Part shown: one piece after another, positions 63,832 through 64,000 of the stretch
Layout of the letters: each line of letters starts with the position of its first letter
How positions within the stretch are numbered: the stretch's first letter is position 1
DNA from: a virus
Taxonomy: Duplodnaviria > Heunggongvirae > Uroviricota > Caudoviricetes > Crassvirales
Virus record (IMG/VR): IMGVR_UViG_3300020050_008479
Length of the DNA: 64,000 nt
Strand: one strand, 5' to 3'
Made by a program: the position numbers and the translations under genes
Notes under the pieces: model-generated
The model's database searches: none
Seen by the model: the letters and a program-made list of their open reading frames with translations, nothing else
What the model was told of the DNA's origin: nothing

Positions 63832-64000
63832 TTCATTTTTTGCATGAGCCTTAACTTTTCTTTCAGTTTCTTTTGCTCTTTCGGCAAGACCTACAGGTTT
63901 ATGTTGTTCAAAAATAATAGAAATTCTAGCCTGAACTTGCTCATAAACTGACTCTAAACTAGTTTCAATTTTAGTCTCAACTCCTGTTTCTTCATTTATG

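Noticed and set aside
61523-63951. Short plus-strand ORFs (61523-61711, 62047-62304, 62483-62665, 63638-63847, 63766-63951) opposite the 1041-aa gene
   Set aside because: Antisense to an uninterrupted 3.1-kb ORF.
1-64000. CRISPR array, integrase/attachment site, transposase or IS element
   Set aside because: No spacer-repeat periodicity, no tyrosine or serine recombinase, and no terminal inverted repeats were seen. The tmRNA 3' end could in principle be an attP core, but the 5' half is also present and no integrase lies in the window.

Overview
This 64 kb window is AT-rich (about 33-35% GC by eye), densely coding and looks like part of a large virulent bacteriophage genome. No integrase, repressor or transposase is present. 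Start codons sit behind A-rich leaders rather than Shine-Dalgarno sequences, which fits a Bacteroidetes/Flavobacteria-type host. Layout: (i) positions 1-19.7 kb are one minus-strand late/structural block. Read in the transcription direction it encodes many small proteins, a HAD phosphatase, a possible small terminase, a possible large terminase (781 aa), a putative portal (800 aa), two Gly/Thr-rich fibre-like proteins, an embedded lysis cassette (holin, M15 peptidase endolysin, lipoprotein), an acidic scaffold protein, a 499-aa major capsid protein and three further structural ORFs, the last running off the window start. (ii) 19.85-21.06 kb holds a minus-strand array of 11 tRNA genes; I decoded Ser-GCT, Ser-TGA, His, Pro, Thr, Phe, Leu-TAG and Tyr, and the others are tRNA-like with poor anticodon stems. 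(iii) 21.4-26.3 kb is an accessory island. It contains a minus-strand operon of small proteins that end in a shared Lys-rich tail, a free-standing HNH endonuclease, several tiny two-helix membrane peptides, and more than 1.2 kb of ORF-free structured sequence. (iv) 26.3-60.5 kb is a plus-strand early/replication module. It encodes a ClpX-like AAA+ ATPase, an SPFH lipoprotein with a small membrane partner, a complete-looking tmRNA gene, eight more tRNA or tRNA-like genes, a metallophosphatase, an SF2 helicase, a DnaB-like helicase, FAD-dependent thymidylate synthase ThyX, an AAA_24 ATPase, candidate single-strand-binding proteins, a CHC2/TOPRIM primase, a MoxR-like AAA with a VWA protein, RusA, a PD-(D/E)XK nuclease, an ATP-dependent DNA ligase and many small ORFs. 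(v) A convergent 1041-aa minus-strand ORF of unknown function lies at 60.7-63.8 kb. The items most worth a second look are the phage-encoded tmRNA together with a ClpX-like ATPase, and a family of at least nine unrelated small proteins that share a C-terminal [GQ]-P-[KR]-x-K-L-x-[ILF] tail. Other notable items are the tRNA/ncRNA islands with several non-canonical tRNAs, an SPFH module, the MoxR/VWA pair and an apparently truncated P-loop ATPase abutting a tRNA.
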